A stretch of DNA of 64,000 nucleotides from Squalus acanthias (taxonomy: Eukaryota). Where the stretch lies: positions 54,004,001 through 54,068,000 of the forward strand of contig CM059432.1 of assembly GCA_030390025.1 (NCBI GenBank), in the 5' to 3' direction. The position numbers and the translations under genes are program-made. Within the stretch, counting starts at the first letter, position 1; each line of letters starts with the position of its first letter. The notes beneath the pieces are model-generated. The model searched no databases, was not told where the DNA came from, and saw only the letters and a list, made by a program, of their open reading frames with translations. Of this stretch, positions 60,525 through 64,000 are shown one piece after another.

Positions 60525-63389
60525 ACACCGCGAGTTCCTGACCTTCTCCCCCGAGTTCCTGACCTTCTCCCCACCTCTCCTCTCTCCTCTCTCTCCAAGC
60601 TCCTCTCCCCACCACGATCACCTCTCCTCTCCCCCCTCCATCCGATCCCCTGACCTTCTCCGCACGGAGCCGAGGAAAGCGTGGCGGAAAGCATGCTGCA
60701 GCCGCCGCACCATTTAGTACTGCGCATGTGCGACTGGATCAAATGCGCTGCGCGACTGGATCAAATGCACATGCGTAATACCAAATGGGCGCGCATGCGC
60801 AGAGTCTAAAACACCGTGGAAATAATCACTACGATTTTTTTAATGGTTGCCAGCCAGTCTGGCCATTTTCAGAGTATGCCATTACTTTTTATCATAAATC
60901 CCCATCCTTCCATCCAGTTCAGCAAAAAAGTAAGATACCAATTGAGTAAATTATTGAAGTAACATGTATCAGAGGGCTAACACCAAGGAGTGAATGGAAA
61001 GAGACAGGGTGAATATTCTGGAATTCCTTACCTAACACCATCATGGGAACACCATCAGCACAAGGCCAGCAGCGTTTCAAGGAGAAAGCCCACCACCACT
61101 TTCTTACAGCAACGAGCAATGGGCAATAAATGCAGGCTTGCCAGCGTCCATCCCAAGAACAATTTTTGTAATAGACAAGAGAGCAAACAGAGGGAGCAGA
61201 GGAGGGAAAGAAAGAGCCAGACAAAATGAGGAGGTGCAGACAACAATATGCAAAAGTTAAACATAGAGAGAAAGAGGGAAACACTAAGAGTGAAATATAA
61301 ACAGAAAACTGAGACAGGAAGACAAGCAGAGACACAGTTACCGGAAGACAGATACTTTTATTAATTTTTGACCACAAATAACACTAAGGAACAGAGACTA
61401 ATTAAAATAGTCTCCAGTGAAAGGAAAGCATCAACCATTCTTGCACAAAATTAAAGAGGAAATTAGAGTTAAACAATTACAGTTATTCCTATAACAAGCT
61501 CTGACCCAAAAGCATTTTTAATTCCTCAACAATCTGCTTTGGTGATTATAGGATGGACAGTTTTTCTAAACTTTAGTGAGTAGGCCAATACAGATAATTC
61601 AGCATGAAAGGCACATGGCTTGTTTTTATTTCATCTGTAACCATGATATTTCACTGTTCCCTTTCAAGTACTTTGTACTCACGTCAGGACCTGACTGTGA
61701 CTCACTTCGGCTCTGTAGCACGGACAGGCACATCATACTGGTATGTCAGAATGTGTTGACATCACCACAAGTAAAGGGTCGCCAGATCACTCACAAGATT
61801 CTTGCTGATGATGACCTTACAAAGAGAACTGTTTCTAACTATAGAGATAGTTGACCATATAACAACATAACAGTCATTTTTTAGAAATAAAATGACACTG
61901 TTATAGATTGTGGTAGGCTAACAAATATATTGTCATTTCATATCACGTACTCGAATGCCAAGGTAATGTAATGGTTTCCTTCACCTCTAAACTTCTGCAA
62001 AGAATGAGTCACTCGCTTTTATTTAAACAATCAATAATTTAAGAAATTGGAAAAAAGATTCAAGGATATAAATAAAAATATGAAATGAATAATTAATACT
62101 TAACTAAAATGACTCCACAATACATGCAATGACAAACTAGAAAATAAATAATATAATTCATAAGCTAAATTTGCCTACCTTGATTAAAAATAAGACAAAG
62201 ATATGTACATCAAATGTTATCACTTAAACTGGCAGCTTCATACTTGCTGGGTGGTATAGTGCAGGTCAGATTTTTAGTTCAGCCAATGTTATACTGCAGC
62301 AAGCCTGAGTATTACAGTTAATTATAATTGTTTGTTGCTACAATAAACTTAAAAGAAACAATTTTTAATAAAAATATCAATTTTAAAACGATTTGCCGGG
62401 TATTTTACTTTACAGGCGGAAAAGCAGCCTAGTGAGCAGTTGTTAGCCCGTGTGGAAGTGGCAGCGGGAGGCAGAGCCAATTTTAATGACCAGGCTTCAT
62501 TAACATGCCGTGGGAAGCGGTAGATAGTCAGATGGCCCCGGAGTCCACTCGCCAGGCCCAAGGTAACTGCGGGGATGGTGGTGGGGGGTGGGGTGGAAGC
62601 ACTCATCAATTCGTGAAGGGTAGTGGGAGTCCGAGCAGGGGAGGCCTACATTTTCCTTGTGGGGTCTGCAGGAGCACCCTGCTCCTTCTGGTCCTGCAAA
62701 GGAATGTATTAAACTAATCCTGGAAAGGTATGTTCGGTGCTCTGACCAGGTTACGGCTCTCGAGGCAGCTGCTGCAGGTGCCCTGCTTACTTTCACGTTG
62801 AATTGGTGTCAGGGTCCTATTAATGTAATAGGAACCCAATTTGCATAAATGTATGAGGCTCCCATCTGACTTGTCTGATGGGAGCTTCATAAGCCTGAAA
62901 AATTAGGCATGTTAAAATTGCAGCCAGGCCACTCACCTTCCCCTTTCTCTACTCTTATCTATTCTGACTCTGATGCCTGACATTAGGCCACTGATCAATG
63001 CAGAGATAGATCCAGACCCCAGTGGAGTGGCAATAGCTGGAGATGACATGCCTGAGGTTGTTGTCTGTCAGGATACCAGCACATGCCAGGCCTCTGGCCT
63101 ACTTATTCAGAGCACCAAGCCAATGGCACATAAAACATAGGTTGCGTTTATTTGCAACACCAGTGGGTTGGACCAGATTTCTCATTAGTCCCCTTGGAAG
63201 ACAAGACATACCCAACAGTTTGTCTGGAATGTGTTATTTGATCCTGCCTGCTGTAGACAACCCTGCAATGTGTAATTTGATTCAGTCTTGTTAGGCAGCC
63301 TACAAAAGTGGAGCTGTAGTTAGCTTTGTGAAGATCTTCCATTTTCTCGTGTTCTGCAATTGTCCTTGGCTGATAAAATAAAATACTTT

Positions 63390-63673
63390 GGGGGCGAAAT
63401 TCACCTCCTTTGCGCCCGCCGTTAGCGCCCCCCCTTTAACGGAAGGGGAGGGGGCGCTGAAATGCATCAGCGCTTCGCGCTCCGGCGCTACCGCGCTTTG
63501 TGCCCCACGCACCACCCCGAGAGGAAGTGGAGCGCCCGAGATAGCGCTCCGCTTCCTCGCCGGGGCGGTAAGCCCAATTTAGCAGCCAGGACGGGAGTAC
63601 CACCCTGGCTGCTAAATGTGAGGCGCTAATTCGGTTACCGCCCCCAAATGGGGTGTAAATTAATTTCGCCCCT
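63390..63673. mobile_element. GC-rich Harbinger-type MITE, ~284 bp
   Basis: TIR GGGGCGAAATT, TTT on both sides, many (T)AGCGCC/GGCGCT motifs as in lineage A. Confidence 0.82.
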
Positions 63674-63929
63674 TTTATATTCTAATTAGTGGGTTGGTTA
63701 CTTCTTTTTATGTTTTTTTCCTTCTGGAAGTGATAAAAATTCTTTAATTCAGAATGAAGGGACCAAGGTCAAGACTACAACTTTAAGAAATGCTCATTAA
63801 AATAGGAAATAAGAAGTGCAAATACTCAATGATCTCCGGATCTCAGGTGATGTTACTATAGCAGGAAGATAGTAAGAATTTGCCAATCAATAAACCAATG
63901 GGTGCGGGTGTGTGGGGTGTGTGTGTGTA

Positions 63930-64000
63930 TCCAACCTATCGATACACCAGTGAGTTCACAGTGGGGAGAGGTCGTTCACCTGCTCAATGTGTGAGGACGG
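63930..64000 (+). pseudogene. C2H2 zinc-finger coding remnant running off the window
   Basis: Translates SNLSIHQ*VHSGERSFTCSMCED (HxxxH, TGEKP-like linker, CxxC) with an in-frame TGA at 63951. Confidence 0.75.

Noticed and set aside
61576..61854. 92-aa ORF or minus-strand exon with a gtgagt donor
   Set aside because: All three minus frames contain stops, and the plus ORF has no recognisable homology.

Overview
A repeat-dense eukaryotic intergenic or intronic window, most likely from a cartilaginous fish (inferred from the repeat families, not proven). I could not support any host protein-coding exon, apart from a C2H2 zinc-finger remnant at the right edge. PIF/Harbinger DNA transposons dominate: at least two autonomous lineages plus several MITEs. 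One copy (9344-13634) looks fully intact, with TIRs, a TTT TSD, an open 386-aa DDE transposase and a convergent 3-exon ~488-aa Myb/SANT gene. It sits inside a solo LTR, which sits inside a CR1 LINE. The window also holds three solo-LTR-like elements with 4-bp TSDs, many CR1 and L2 LINE fragments and tRNA-like SINEs. Penelope-like insertions form perfect inverted repeats, including a 221-bp palindrome, and carry minimal hammerhead ribozyme motifs on both strands. There is a probable DIRS gag remnant and a few repeat-poor islands that may be enhancers.
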